A stretch of DNA of 63,128 nt, from positions 1 through 63,128 of IMG/VR virus record IMGVR_UViG_3300005588_000038, one strand, 5' to 3'. The notes beneath the pieces are model-generated. The model was not told the DNA's origin. It made no database searches and saw nothing but the letters and a program-made list of their open reading frames with translations. The position numbers and the translations under genes are program-made. Position 1 is the stretch's first letter, and each line of letters opens with the position of its first letter. The stretch is from a virus (taxonomy: Duplodnaviria; Caudoviricetes). This document shows positions 36,885 through 47,338 of this stretch, one piece after another.

Positions 36885-39300
36885 GCTTGCTCGTTTGTTT
36901 GTTCGTGTCCGAGGAGATTCTTCGGGTCTGCCTGGAGATATGAACAGACTTCGAGGGTTCATGCGAGATCAGGCTCGCAGCATCTCCCAAGCTGGAACTA
37001 TTCGGCCGAGGATCGATCAGGCTCGATTTCGACAAGACGTCCAAGCAATGGTTCGGATGTATGTCGAGAGTTTTCGAGGAGCCAGTATCGTCGCTGGGGG
37101 ACTACTGGCTACGGCGGCTCGCAAGGCGACAGGACTGGTGACAGAGTCCGTAGCAGAAGCTGGTCGATTTGAGCAGACTCAAGTCGCTTTTGAGGTTATG
37201 CTTGGCAGTGCAAGAAAAGCTCAGAAGACATTGCAGCAGCTCACTGATTTTGCTGTTCGCACTCCCTTCACTTTGCCTGGTGTAGAAAAATCTGCGCAGC
37301 AGCTTTTGGCTGTTGGATTTGGAGCATCCGATCTACTTCCCATTCTAAAATCTGTAGGCGACGTTGCGGCTGGTATTGGTCGAGGTGAAGTCGGGCTGGA
37401 GCGGCTTATCCTGAACTTGGGTCAGGTTAAGACCCAGGGTCGATTGACTGGCCGAGAACTGCGGGACTTCGCAGTCCTTGGTATTCCGCTTCTCGACGAA
37501 CTCGCCACGATGCTAGGCAAGACGACGTCGGAAATCCAGCAGATGGTTTCTCAAGGAGGAGTTTCTAGCCGCATCGTCGTTCAGGCTTTCAATCGGATGT
37601 CCAGTGCTGGTGGGCGGTTCGCAAATCTGATGACCCGCCAAGCAGAAACTCTTTTGGGGATGTGGAGTAACTTTGTCGACTCTGTTATTGTCCTCAAGAG
37701 AGAGATTGGACAGAGCCTAGCTCCAGTTGCTCTTGAATTTGTCCGCATACTCCGTGATATGCTGACTGGTTTCCAGGCAGTGATTCAGGCATCCCAGGGG
37801 TACATCCCAATGATGCTGGCAGGTGCCGCAGCTACTGCTACGTTTGGCGCCGCTGTCGCGGCTGCTGTGGTGGCTATGAATATTTTCGGCATAACAGCCC
37901 GTGGGATGCTTTTGGGTACCGGAATCGGTGCAGCAGTAATTGCTCTAGGGGCAGCTATCGGCGCCTTCGTCAACTGGCTTCGGACTTCGCAAGAAGGGAT
38001 GGCACTCTGGGCCGATATTTCAAAAGAGTTAGTGGCTCTGTGGGGCCATTTGAGGCTTATTTTGGAATCGTTTGTGGAAGGATTAGGAGTTTTCACTCCG
38101 AGCATCACAGGAATGTTTCGAGCGATCGCTTCGGGTTTACTCGATATTCTTCGGCTTCTGAATTTCCTTACTGCTGACTGGGCGGCTACTTGGGATTTCT
38201 TCGAAGCGTACGCCATGCAGCAGTTTAATTTGATACGGGCGGAATTTGAAGATTTTGCTAGATACGTGGCGGCGAGTTTTGTCGGGGTAGGTGCTGCTGC
38301 GTCCGGGTTGTTTGAGATGTTGGGAGCAGGCTTTGCTTCAGTAGGCGCTTTCATAGTAGGCAGCGTACTCGGTGCTGTTTCATCTATTGGTAGAGGAGTG
38401 TCGTCTGTTTATGGGTTTGTGACTGGGCTGTTTTCTGGGTTGATCAGCTTTACCGAATCTTCAATGGCTGCGTGGGCTGATGTGTTTGCTTGGTCATTCG
38501 ACGCTGCTCGATTCGCTCTTCAGAGTTGGTTTCAGATGTTTCGCGGAATCTTTACTGTAGACATCCCATCGATTTTGTTTGGGTTTGCCAAGGGATTTGC
38601 TGGCACCTTAGAAACAATGGTTGCTTTCTTTGTTGATTGGGGGCGGTTGCTGTGGGGTGCAGCACAGACCATCGTCAATGAGATTGTTCATGTTTGGTTC
38701 AACGGATTTAGCGGCATTTCAGAATTCACTGTCGGTGTATTTGACTCTGCTTTTGGGTTTATTCGGGATGGATTCTTAGCTCTGTGGGAATGGATCAAAC
38801 AAGGTTTCTACTCCGGCGACATTTTTTCCGGGTTGGTGGATGGATTCACAGCAGCTCTAGAAGCAGCGAAAGCGCTGGCGTTAGGCGCCGCTGATGACCT
38901 TATGAGGCAGTTCACCGAAGGCTTTTCTCAAGCATATGACGAATCAAAAAATCCATTTCGAAAGGCTGCCGAAGACGCGTCCCGTAAAATGGATGAGGCT
39001 ATGGAGAGGATGGAGTCGGCTTTCAGTCGTCGATTTGGATCAGGAGGAGGACCTGATGCTGCTCTTGGAGAAGATGGAAAAGGCGGCAAAGGTGCCGGAA
39101 TGAACCCGTCTGCTTCTTCGTTTCTTGACGCAGGTCGGTACTCCTTCACTGGAATTGCTGACAAGATCCAGGATGCTTTGTTGTCTGAGCAAGAGAATGC
39201 CCTAGATCTCAAACGGAATTCTCTTTTAGGGCAAATCAACAACACACAGACTCAATTGCTTGCAGCAGCAAATCGCCCAAAGAAATTCGGGCTGGAGTAG
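36874..39300 (+). CDS. Tape measure protein
   Basis: ELARLFVRVRGD, FEQTQVAFEVMLGS, TPFTL, GGRFANLM..QA.TL.G.WSN; F/W-periodic repeats. Confidence 0.95.
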   Translation: MGIELARLFVRVRGDSSGLPGDMNRLRGFMRDQARSISQAGTIRPRIDQARFRQDVQAMVRMYVESFRGASIVAGGLLATAARKATGLVTESVAEAGRFEQTQVAFEVMLGSARKAQKTLQQLTDFAVRTPFTLPGVEKSAQQLLAVGFGASDLLPILKSVGDVAAGIGRGEVGLERLILNLGQVKTQGRLTGRELRDFAVLGIPLLDELATMLGKTTSEIQQMVSQGGVSSRIVVQAFNRMSSAGGRFANLMTRQAETLLGMWSNFVDSVIVLKREIGQSLAPVALEFVRILRDMLTGFQAVIQASQGYIPMMLAGAAATATFGAAVAAAVVAMNIFGITARGMLLGTGIGAAVIALGAAIGAFVNWLRTSQEGMALWADISKELVALWGHLRLILESFVEGLGVFTPSITGMFRAIASGLLDILRLLNFLTADWAATWDFFEAYAMQQFNLIRAEFEDFARYVAASFVGVGAAASGLFEMLGAGFASVGAFIVGSVLGAVSSIGRGVSSVYGFVTGLFSGLISFTESSMAAWADVFAWSFDAARFALQSWFQMFRGIFTVDIPSILFGFAKGFAGTLETMVAFFVDWGRLLWGAAQTIVNEIVHVWFNGFSGISEFTVGVFDSAFGFIRDGFLALWEWIKQGFYSGDIFSGLVDGFTAALEAAKALALGAADDLMRQFTEGFSQAYDESKNPFRKAAEDASRKMDEAMERMESAFSRRFGSGGGPDAALGEDGKGGKGAGMNPSASSFLDAGRYSFTGIADKIQDALLSEQENALDLKRNSLLGQINNTQTQLLAAANRPKKFGLE

Positions 39301-39303
39301 ACG

Positions 39304-40320
39304 ATGTCAAGTAATTTGAATGATCCTACGAAATGGAGACTCAAGACCACTGGAGGAATTCCATACAAACTCCTTCAACAAGAAGGCGATTTTGGACTTG
39401 AACAGGCTGACGTTACAGTTGATGTCTTGGTGCAGGCTAGTGATCTTTTGAATTTCTTTTTGGAGATGATGCCGCCGCCCATTCAAGTCGGAAATGTTTC
39501 TGTTCCTCAGTCATCGACTCTCCCTGGTTTTCCTCAGATATCAGTCAAGCGAATCAAATTCAAATCACATGATGCAGCGTTTCCTATTGATCCGTTCGGA
39601 ATTGATTCATCACCTCCTGACAACACCTATTATCCGGTTGTGCTGTGCCAGTTGTTCTACAGCTCGGAGATGAAAAATCGAGATACAGACGAAGATGATC
39701 CTCAGACTTTTCTGGAAATCACTAGTCGAGCGGGCGGCGAATTTATCAATAGCACGGGCCCAGGTGCTCGATGGAAACCTGAGCAGAATAGTCTTCTTGA
39801 AGATGGCGATGACCAAGAGCCGGGGACTTGGATTGATCCCGATACTGGAAAAGTTCTTGGAGCGAACGAAGAGAATCCGCGATCACCGAATGAGCAGGTC
39901 AATCGTGATCCTGGGCTGCCGATTTTGATCAGAGTCCCGACAACACAATGGACTCTTCGGTGGAATCAGATTCCGTTTGAGTTGTATGAAGATGTGATCG
40001 TGTACCGGTGTCGCCAGTTGATTGGCCGTGTCAATTCCGGAACATTCGACGTGCCTTTGTTCAATACTCTAGAACCTGAGACACTTCTCTTTGATTCTTA
40101 TGGGCACACTCAACGCCATACGTGGCGGGATGGTCTAGTCACCACTCCTCCGGTTGATTTAGAGATCAACTTGATCGAAAAGAGAGTTGTGTGGAATGGC
40201 GTTGTGTGTGGACACAACCACTTCTGGAGACCAGGTTTCGGTTGGCAACGTCTCTACATTGACGATCAGCAGACTCCAGTGTATAAAGGCTGGGACTTCA
40301 ATTTGTTGACTCAGGTGTAG
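39304..40320 (+). CDS. Tail tip / distal tail protein
   Basis: Follows TMP; GRVNS..F...PETLLF, GHNHFWRP. Confidence 0.7.
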   Translation: MSSNLNDPTKWRLKTTGGIPYKLLQQEGDFGLEQADVTVDVLVQASDLLNFFLEMMPPPIQVGNVSVPQSSTLPGFPQISVKRIKFKSHDAAFPIDPFGIDSSPPDNTYYPVVLCQLFYSSEMKNRDTDEDDPQTFLEITSRAGGEFINSTGPGARWKPEQNSLLEDGDDQEPGTWIDPDTGKVLGANEENPRSPNEQVNRDPGLPILIRVPTTQWTLRWNQIPFELYEDVIVYRCRQLIGRVNSGTFDVPLFNTLEPETLLFDSYGHTQRHTWRDGLVTTPPVDLEINLIEKRVVWNGVVCGHNHFWRPGFGWQRLYIDDQQTPVYKGWDFNLLTQV

Positions 40321-40321
40321 A

Positions 40322-41086
40322 ATGCATCCCGATCTACCAAAGAAAAGCTCAGGCGACGCACTCAGCGCGAATCATGTGAATAAACTGAGTGAAGCCGCCG
40401 AATCGGCATTGCGATTCGTGCCTGGAGGAGGGCTACACGGTGCGCCTGAGCAGGTGGTAGCTCCTGCTCCCTTTGTTCAGAGAGTCATGGAGGTGGTTTC
40501 GGGGACTTGTGACTGGGAGGGAGATCCCGCATTCGCCGACCAATACAGCAACGATCAAATCTACCAAATCCGTCCTAAATTCTATGAATCGACACTAGGG
40601 CGATGGGTCATCAATGAAGAAGAAGGCCCGTACTGTCTGGACGCCTCTGCAGTCAATCAAATCTATGCGGTAGGTAGTACCTTAGTCGCGTACTATGATC
40701 CCCAGAGAGGAGCATTTATTCCCGTTGTATCCGGTTCAAGCGGAAGTGAGACTATTCACTTCGAGATCATTGACATCGGAAAAGACTTAGGAAAGAATGC
40801 CACTGGGTGTGATTTTGTTGAGGCTGTAGTCACTCAGATTACGTGCGGCGGCGGTACTGTTGCTGTCGGTGACGAGGTGAGGATCTGGGATCCGGAATAC
40901 TGCCACTTCAACATTCCTCGAGATTTGTTAATTGGGCTGCACGGTGTTGCCAATAAGATGGACAACCCCATCTCTGCTTATGATCTTGACCAGTTGGTGG
41001 ATTGCCAGTATCAAGTCTTAGCAGAAGGTGATTGTCGTTGGCTGGTTGAGCATCTAAGTTGTGCTGAGCAGTACAACATTCTCTAG
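40322..41086 (+). CDS. Tail tip protein
   Basis: GDALSANHVNKL N-terminal motif; tail context. Confidence 0.65.
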   Translation: MHPDLPKKSSGDALSANHVNKLSEAAESALRFVPGGGLHGAPEQVVAPAPFVQRVMEVVSGTCDWEGDPAFADQYSNDQIYQIRPKFYESTLGRWVINEEEGPYCLDASAVNQIYAVGSTLVAYYDPQRGAFIPVVSGSSGSETIHFEIIDIGKDLGKNATGCDFVEAVVTQITCGGGTVAVGDEVRIWDPEYCHFNIPRDLLIGLHGVANKMDNPISAYDLDQLVDCQYQVLAEGDCRWLVEHLSCAEQYNIL

Positions 41087-41122
41087 TGCGGCGGCGTAGT
41101 GTTTGGCGGATAGATTAAGAAC

Positions 41123-43216
41123 ATGCCACAGCCGAATTATTTGATAAACGCCCCAGATGAATCTGATACACCTGACAGATTCAATCGCTCGCCTAGATGC
41201 CAAGATCATCGAGACGGAGTGCGTACCGGATACTCTGATTCTTGCTGTTGCTGTAATCCGTGTCTCTATTATCAGGTGCTCGACTCGGTCATTGGTCCTG
41301 AACACTGCTGCCAGTGCAATCCTCGAATGATTGTAGCGCGGTTTGATCCTGATGATCCTGCCGATCAGTGCTGTCGATACGAGATTATCCCTATGTTCTT
41401 GGGAGTGTTGGTTGGATCGGATGACCCAGGGCTAAACCTAAACGATTATGTGGTACTGTACACTGGCACCGTGGCAGGCATCACTATTGAGGTCACGCTC
41501 ACTACCTATCCACTGAATAGTGAAAGTCAGTACGATAGATCGTGTTACTGGACCATCAAGATTGATCAGTTAGGTATCAATGAGAGGATCGAAATTGATC
41601 ACCAGGTTGTCACGTGTCTTGGTGTTCCTGCAATTGAAGTTGAGAACGTGACGGCTTATGAAAGCTGTACCGGTACTCTGTCTCTTTCGAATTTCGAAGC
41701 AGAGTTGGTGCCATTTCAGTATCGACAATTTCCTTCTTCGTTCGATCGAGGAGATCCAGAGTCTCTTTTGGTTGATGTACCTGAAATGGAGTGCATTGAC
41801 TGTGATTGGGATGCTGAAACTTCAGTTGGTCAAGTACCTCGGTTTCTGTGTCTTTTCGGAGTCAAAGAGCCGTACTCGGCAGGTGGATTTGAATCAGCTC
41901 GAATCAAACAAGAATTCGAGTGGGATTTTGATTATCTCCAGACTTTGGTTGATAATCCTCTTCAGGGTGAATTTTACGCAGGGGATGTCAATCCTCCTCG
42001 GTATCTAGTGACTAAGGTTTTGGGTCGATGGAGATCACCCCTCTACAACACTACCACAGGAAAAGTCACTCGGATAGATTACATCTATCTTTGCCAGGAC
42101 TACACTGAGTACGATTCAGTGTACGGTGATACTATTGTTCGTTGTGATCTTCGTACAGACTTCAAAACTCCTCCTGGATTCAGAGTTTACGATACGATTG
42201 CAGATGACGGAACAATAGACGAGCACGGGGAGATCTTTCCGATCATACCGCTATCATCTAGTGGATCTTGTGGTTGCGGCTTAGAGCTGACGGTGTTCTC
42301 TGATAAGAATTTTGATCCATTCCGCTCACCGCACTTTAAGCTTACTTCAGGCCGATGTCAGTGCTATCAGCATTTTTGCGGAGATTCTTGCCGGTGCCTC
42401 CCGAAATATCTTTGCGGAATGTTCTACGATGAGAATGGTGATTTCTGGTACAACATACTCTTCACCTGGAATCCTACTCGCAAATCGTACCAGTCAACAG
42501 GCGGTGCCCAGAATAATGGTGATGAGTTATCGACGTCTCTTGAGATTCGGTTGCAGAATATCTACGGTGAGTGCTGGTTGACATGGGAATACTCCGGTGA
42601 GTATGCAGCCTTTGATATTGAGCCTCAGCAGATTCAGTGCACTTTGCAACCGCTGCTGTCAGCAACTTTTTACGGATATTCGGATGATCGTGCAGTGTAT
42701 CTGCATGTTCATCCAGCATTCGAGGGTAACTGCGAAGAACTGATCGTTTGCAATGAGGCTACTCCATGCGCCACCAACTGCGGTTCGCACCCCAAGGTTC
42801 TAATTGCTTCTCTTTGGGCTGGTAATCCGCCAGGTGTAGGCGAGCCGGGGTTTTACTCCAGTTGTGCAATCGATGTCACCTTGGTCTACTATGAAGAAGT
42901 ATTCATTCTCGGAGACGCTGAAATTGAGATCGGCTGCGGTTATCGTGGATTTCATGTGCTTGAGTGTATAAACTTTCTAGGAGACCCTGAATACCTTCTA
43001 CTTTCTTTTGAATACAAGAACGGTGTGTTGACTATTGATCAATCAGGAGTGTCTCCTCGGCCTGGTACTGGTGGTAGTGAAATGTGGGAGATGGCCTACG
43101 AGACGTGTGATCCTTATTACAGCCACTTCTATGCCGAGTACCCAGGTCCGTCTGAAGTGCTCTGGTGTTGTGGAGAAACTATTCAGGCCGTCCAGATTGT
43201 CATACTTGAGGCTTGA
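41123..43216 (+). CDS. Cys-rich tail tip / receptor-binding protein
   Basis: ~39 Cys of 697 aa by manual count; CCCC; repeated C..P..L units. Confidence 0.7.
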   Translation: MPQPNYLINAPDESDTPDRFNRSPRCQDHRDGVRTGYSDSCCCCNPCLYYQVLDSVIGPEHCCQCNPRMIVARFDPDDPADQCCRYEIIPMFLGVLVGSDDPGLNLNDYVVLYTGTVAGITIEVTLTTYPLNSESQYDRSCYWTIKIDQLGINERIEIDHQVVTCLGVPAIEVENVTAYESCTGTLSLSNFEAELVPFQYRQFPSSFDRGDPESLLVDVPEMECIDCDWDAETSVGQVPRFLCLFGVKEPYSAGGFESARIKQEFEWDFDYLQTLVDNPLQGEFYAGDVNPPRYLVTKVLGRWRSPLYNTTTGKVTRIDYIYLCQDYTEYDSVYGDTIVRCDLRTDFKTPPGFRVYDTIADDGTIDEHGEIFPIIPLSSSGSCGCGLELTVFSDKNFDPFRSPHFKLTSGRCQCYQHFCGDSCRCLPKYLCGMFYDENGDFWYNILFTWNPTRKSYQSTGGAQNNGDELSTSLEIRLQNIYGECWLTWEYSGEYAAFDIEPQQIQCTLQPLLSATFYGYSDDRAVYLHVHPAFEGNCEELIVCNEATPCATNCGSHPKVLIASLWAGNPPGVGEPGFYSSCAIDVTLVYYEEVFILGDAEIEIGCGYRGFHVLECINFLGDPEYLLLSFEYKNGVLTIDQSGVSPRPGTGGSEMWEMAYETCDPYYSHFYAEYPGPSEVLWCCGETIQAVQIVILEA

Positions 43217-43223
43217 TTGACTG

Positions 43224-44768
43224 ATGGCATCCTGCAGTGACATATTCCAAAAAGACACATATCCATGGAAAGTCTGCATGGGTCAGACAAAAATGGATCG
43301 AAAGAAAGTAGCGGCTTATCGTTCTCGACTAGGTGTCGACGAATTTGATCTGAAAGAGAGTGGTGGATCGGTAATTTCAGGCACGCCGGAGCAGCAACCA
43401 AAGCCAAGATTAGTTTTTCATGGCTACTCTAAAGATACAGCAGTTTCCGAATTTGAAGATTTGGCAGCTCAATTTCAATTTGGTCCTGGTACTGAATTGA
43501 AGAAGATCTTACAGAAATTCGGTGTGCCTCCGTGCGCTGACTGTGATAGTCTGGCGTTGGTGATGAATCAGTGGGGGCCTGGTGTCTGTCGGCAGAGAGT
43601 TGAAGATCTTGTCGATGATATGCTGCCTCGGGCTGTTACGTGGATGTCTCAAGAGCATCCGTGGGCCCATCGATTGCTCAAAGGGGTTGTGGAAAAATCA
43701 GCCATTAAAATCACTCTCCGCAAGTACATCCATCAAGCCATTGATGCGTATGTTAAGAGTGTTGAGAATGGAACTCAAAACGAAAAGAATCACCGCGAAG
43801 CTCGGCTAAAGCAGATTCGACTTCAAGCCTCTCAGCCTCGTCGAAAGAAAGGCGGCTGCTCTGGATGCGGAGGTGGTAAGCGGGCCCGAAGAGTATCTGG
43901 TTCGAGTAAACCTACATTAGGCAGAGGAGTTAGACCTGACATCTCAAATCTTACGTTCTCGACTGCCTTCGGGAGATATGCTGATACCGGTCATAAAGAT
44001 GTGAAGGATGTTAAGTCTACTCCATTTGATGGAGAAACTATCAGGAATCTGATCTACCACATCTACCCAACTGGTCCTCATTGGAAATGGAATCTTGATC
44101 AGTTGATACGGCACATTGATCAATTCAATGGACGGAGAATTGTAGGTATTGCTGTAGACAATGAGTCTGCTTCTGCAGATGAAGTCCGTAGGTATCTTGG
44201 AGGACATGTCTACGAGTATATGGTGTTCAAGAATTCTAAGAATTTCGGTGAGATGACTTCTTTCATGCCGTTGATTCAGCAGCTAGAGACACGGGATCCG
44301 AATCACATCACATTTCGAGGACACGCAAAAGGCGTTTCGCAGGTCACCAAAGTAGTACCGCACATCATGGGTTGGGTGGAAATGTTGTACACCACCAACC
44401 TCGGTGACCCTGGGTTGGTAGAAAGGCAATTGCGATCGAATGCTGTTACGGGTGCTTGCCGAAAATGGGATTTATTTTATAAGAGCAGAAAGACACTCTC
44501 GTATTCAGGTTCAATGTATTGGTTTCGGAACCACTGGTTGTATTCTCGATCTTGGCAGTCTGTTGTGCTTGCTCGATGGGGGTGCGAAGAATACCCAGGT
44601 AGATTGTTTCGGCCAGAAGAATCAGCTGTCACCTGCTTAGACAACACAGGATCGATGTATTCAGCGGCCTACTACCGGGATAAGGTGCTTCCGACGTATG
44701 AAAAATGGCTAGAGGCGCGCGGCATGAGCCTCTCTGATCGAAAGCTACCTAAAGGAGTGAAGGCGTGA
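43224..44768 (+). CDS. Fusion: Cys-containing GPGTEL module + glycosyltransferase-like domain
   Basis: GPGTELKKIL..CADC..MNQWGPGVC; basic CSGC linker; C-domain with HIYP, GE, GHAKGV. Confidence 0.6.
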   Translation: MASCSDIFQKDTYPWKVCMGQTKMDRKKVAAYRSRLGVDEFDLKESGGSVISGTPEQQPKPRLVFHGYSKDTAVSEFEDLAAQFQFGPGTELKKILQKFGVPPCADCDSLALVMNQWGPGVCRQRVEDLVDDMLPRAVTWMSQEHPWAHRLLKGVVEKSAIKITLRKYIHQAIDAYVKSVENGTQNEKNHREARLKQIRLQASQPRRKKGGCSGCGGGKRARRVSGSSKPTLGRGVRPDISNLTFSTAFGRYADTGHKDVKDVKSTPFDGETIRNLIYHIYPTGPHWKWNLDQLIRHIDQFNGRRIVGIAVDNESASADEVRRYLGGHVYEYMVFKNSKNFGEMTSFMPLIQQLETRDPNHITFRGHAKGVSQVTKVVPHIMGWVEMLYTTNLGDPGLVERQLRSNAVTGACRKWDLFYKSRKTLSYSGSMYWFRNHWLYSRSWQSVVLARWGCEEYPGRLFRPEESAVTCLDNTGSMYSAAYYRDKVLPTYEKWLEARGMSLSDRKLPKGVKA

Positions 44769-45343
44769 TTATCGGTCCTGATTTTGTGATTGGCCATATC
44801 GGTAAAACTGGAGGAGATGCTGCGAAGCAGTATACAGAAGCTCTTCGACCGAAAGGAGTGCACTGGTACGCAATCACCAACCCAGACAAACACCTGCCGC
44901 CGCACCAAGTGGTAGATCTGGAGGCCCATGATCTGGTTCTCACTTTTCGTCGGCTGCCGTCAATGGTGTTATCTTGGTTTCATCATTTCGGATGGCAAAG
45001 GACTCGATTTGATTCTAAGAGTGAAATGGTTGCTGCTATGGTCGAGTTTACTCGACCAGATGAAGTATTGAAAGAATTTGTGTCTGAATCAAAGCGCATT
45101 CCCTACTTCATTCGGTGCGAAAATCTTTTTGATGATTTGATAGAATTCTATCAGGCAAAAGGCGTTCTGGTTCAAACCCTGCAGGCTGCTCGGTTGTTTG
45201 AAGGAATCGAGACAAAACCAAAGCGTCAGTATCAACATCGAATTTCAAGCTGGTTCTCGTCTGGCCAATTGAAACAACTATATCAGAATAATCCACTTTG
45301 GTCAGAGTACGAAAATCGGGTGTACGGTTATCTGGTGCGGTAG
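44765..45343 (+). CDS. Sulfotransferase-like protein
   Basis: HIGKTGG (PAPS-loop-like), R.P....SW, IRCENL.DDL, Y..D/E...GY. Confidence 0.7.
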   Translation: MIIGPDFVIGHIGKTGGDAAKQYTEALRPKGVHWYAITNPDKHLPPHQVVDLEAHDLVLTFRRLPSMVLSWFHHFGWQRTRFDSKSEMVAAMVEFTRPDEVLKEFVSESKRIPYFIRCENLFDDLIEFYQAKGVLVQTLQAARLFEGIETKPKRQYQHRISSWFSSGQLKQLYQNNPLWSEYENRVYGYLVR

Positions 45344-45363
45344 TTCTTCAGAATGGCTCGAAT

Positions 45364-45957
45364 ATGAATTCCAAACAAAAACAAAATCGAACTGAGCTGC
45401 TGCAGAATTACTGCCAAAGCCATCCAGATATCGATGAGCGGACTCGATCTTCTTTGAACTCAATGCTTCTGAGGTACACACGATATCCACAAGCAAAGAG
45501 TGCCTTTGGCAGGCTCCCTGTACACTCGATGGCTGTAATGGATTTTGGGTGCGGAGTCGGGGACTATGGGTACATCGCTCTCAAGTACGGCCACAAAGTC
45601 ACGTTCTTCGACAACAACCCAGAGATGATTCGATTTGTCCGTTGGAGGATGGAAGGTATGGGCCGGAAAGCCGAATACAGCACAACTCAACCTCATTTCA
45701 GAGAATTTGATGCAGTGGTATTCGGTGAAGTTCTTGAACATCTAGAATCGCCTTTGGCGGTGATCACTGATGCTCTTCAGCATGTGGAATTCTTAGTCAC
45801 CTCAAGCTACCCGTTGCCTCATTCAGACGAGTACTGGCAGCATCCAGGACATACAAAATCAGCCAGAAAGGAATCGTCAGAATGTCTGAAGCTGCTTCGA
45901 TCAAAGTGCTATGAAATTAAAGGGCTTCAGCAGCTTCGAGTTTGGGCTGTGAGGTGA
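45364..45957 (+). CDS. Class I SAM methyltransferase
   Basis: MDFGCGVG, FDAVVFGEVLEHL. Confidence 0.9.
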   Translation: MNSKQKQNRTELLQNYCQSHPDIDERTRSSLNSMLLRYTRYPQAKSAFGRLPVHSMAVMDFGCGVGDYGYIALKYGHKVTFFDNNPEMIRFVRWRMEGMGRKAEYSTTQPHFREFDAVVFGEVLEHLESPLAVITDALQHVEFLVTSSYPLPHSDEYWQHPGHTKSARKESSECLKLLRSKCYEIKGLQQLRVWAVR

Positions 45958-45961
45958 TTCA

Positions 45962-47335
45962 GTGTTGACTTTGATTACACCGACGGGAGATCGACCGGAA
46001 GCGTTTGCGCTTTGCGAGTATCTGATGTCTCGGCAGACCTGCAAGGAAGATCGCCAGTGGATTGTGGTGGATGATGGGAAAACCCCCACAGTACCCGTCT
46101 TAGGTCAAGATTACATTCGACGCACTCCGCATCGGAGTGATCCTTCGCACACCTTAGCCACCAATCTGGCGGTTGCTTTACCAAGAATCAAAGGAGACCG
46201 GATCGTCATTATCGAGGATGACGATTACTACTGCCGAACATACCTCGAAACTATGCTCCAGAATCTCCAGAAAGCTGATTTGTGCGGAGAACGAGGAGCC
46301 AAATACTACCACATTCAGAGCCGGAGGTGGTACTTTTGGTCGGACCACCAGCACGCCAGTCTATGTCGAACTGGATTTACCCGAAAAGCTCTCAAGGCTT
46401 TTGAAGGCACTTTGAGTAGTCTTCCTCGAGGCGACTGGAAAGTTGACATGGCTTTTTGGAAGCGATTTCGTGGAGCACGGAATCTCCGGGACTCAACTAC
46501 CAGAGGCAGAGCTTCTTGTGTAGGTGTGAAGGAACTTCCTGGTCGAGCCGGAATCACACATAAGCCGAATCGTCGTTCTCGGGATGATTCTAATCTATCA
46601 AAATTCAAAGAATGGCTCGGAGAAGATTGGTCTTTGTATCATCGGTTTGTCGATGATTCGCCTGTCAGCAACATCGTAATCTATACCTGCTCTTTTGGTG
46701 GCTATGATAAAATCAACACAGCGGTGCCAGGAGTGAGGTGCGTGGTGGTCACCGACAATCCTAATCTGAAAGTCCCTAGAGGCTGGGAACTTCGAGTAGT
46801 CCCTGTATCAGAGCAGGCGTCCACACCGAAACAAGCGAGTCGGTACTGGAAAATGATGTCCCATGAATTGTTTCCCAATCGCCCTACTCTGTACGTTGAC
46901 GGAAATGTTCGTCTGAAAAAGAATCCAGTCGATCTCCTTCGGCAGATATTGTATCAATCGCAAGGCTCACCTGAAATCATACTACTGAAGCACAATCGAA
47001 GCAGGACTGTGAGAGATGAGCTAGAAACTGTGGTTCGTATCGGTTTCGCTGATTCGTCTGTAGGAAATCTTTCAGTAGTCCAAGAGAGCTTGGACAATCC
47101 TGTTGCGTGGGGAGGATTCATTTATCGGAGACCTTCGAGTGGGACAGAGGCATTCAATCGTATCTGGTGGGATTTATTTTCGAAAGGAGTGCAGAGAGAT
47201 CAGCTAGTTCTGGTAACTGCACTTGATAGATCTGGAGTAGTCTACACAATATCAGGACAGCCAATTCCATTCTATGGAGAAACGTCGCCGTGGATGGATG
47301 TGGTTTCCCATCGGCTTCAGAGGTCAAAGGTGTAG
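45962..47335 (+). CDS. Two-domain glycosyltransferase: GT2-like + DUF616-like
   Basis: LITPTGDR..WIVVDDG..IEDDDYY; VIYTCSFGGYD..YVDGN..RDQL. Confidence 0.88.
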   Translation: MLTLITPTGDRPEAFALCEYLMSRQTCKEDRQWIVVDDGKTPTVPVLGQDYIRRTPHRSDPSHTLATNLAVALPRIKGDRIVIIEDDDYYCRTYLETMLQNLQKADLCGERGAKYYHIQSRRWYFWSDHQHASLCRTGFTRKALKAFEGTLSSLPRGDWKVDMAFWKRFRGARNLRDSTTRGRASCVGVKELPGRAGITHKPNRRSRDDSNLSKFKEWLGEDWSLYHRFVDDSPVSNIVIYTCSFGGYDKINTAVPGVRCVVVTDNPNLKVPRGWELRVVPVSEQASTPKQASRYWKMMSHELFPNRPTLYVDGNVRLKKNPVDLLRQILYQSQGSPEIILLKHNRSRTVRDELETVVRIGFADSSVGNLSVVQESLDNPVAWGGFIYRRPSSGTEAFNRIWWDLFSKGVQRDQLVLVTALDRSGVVYTISGQPIPFYGETSPWMDVVSHRLQRSKV

Positions 47336-47338
47336 ATT

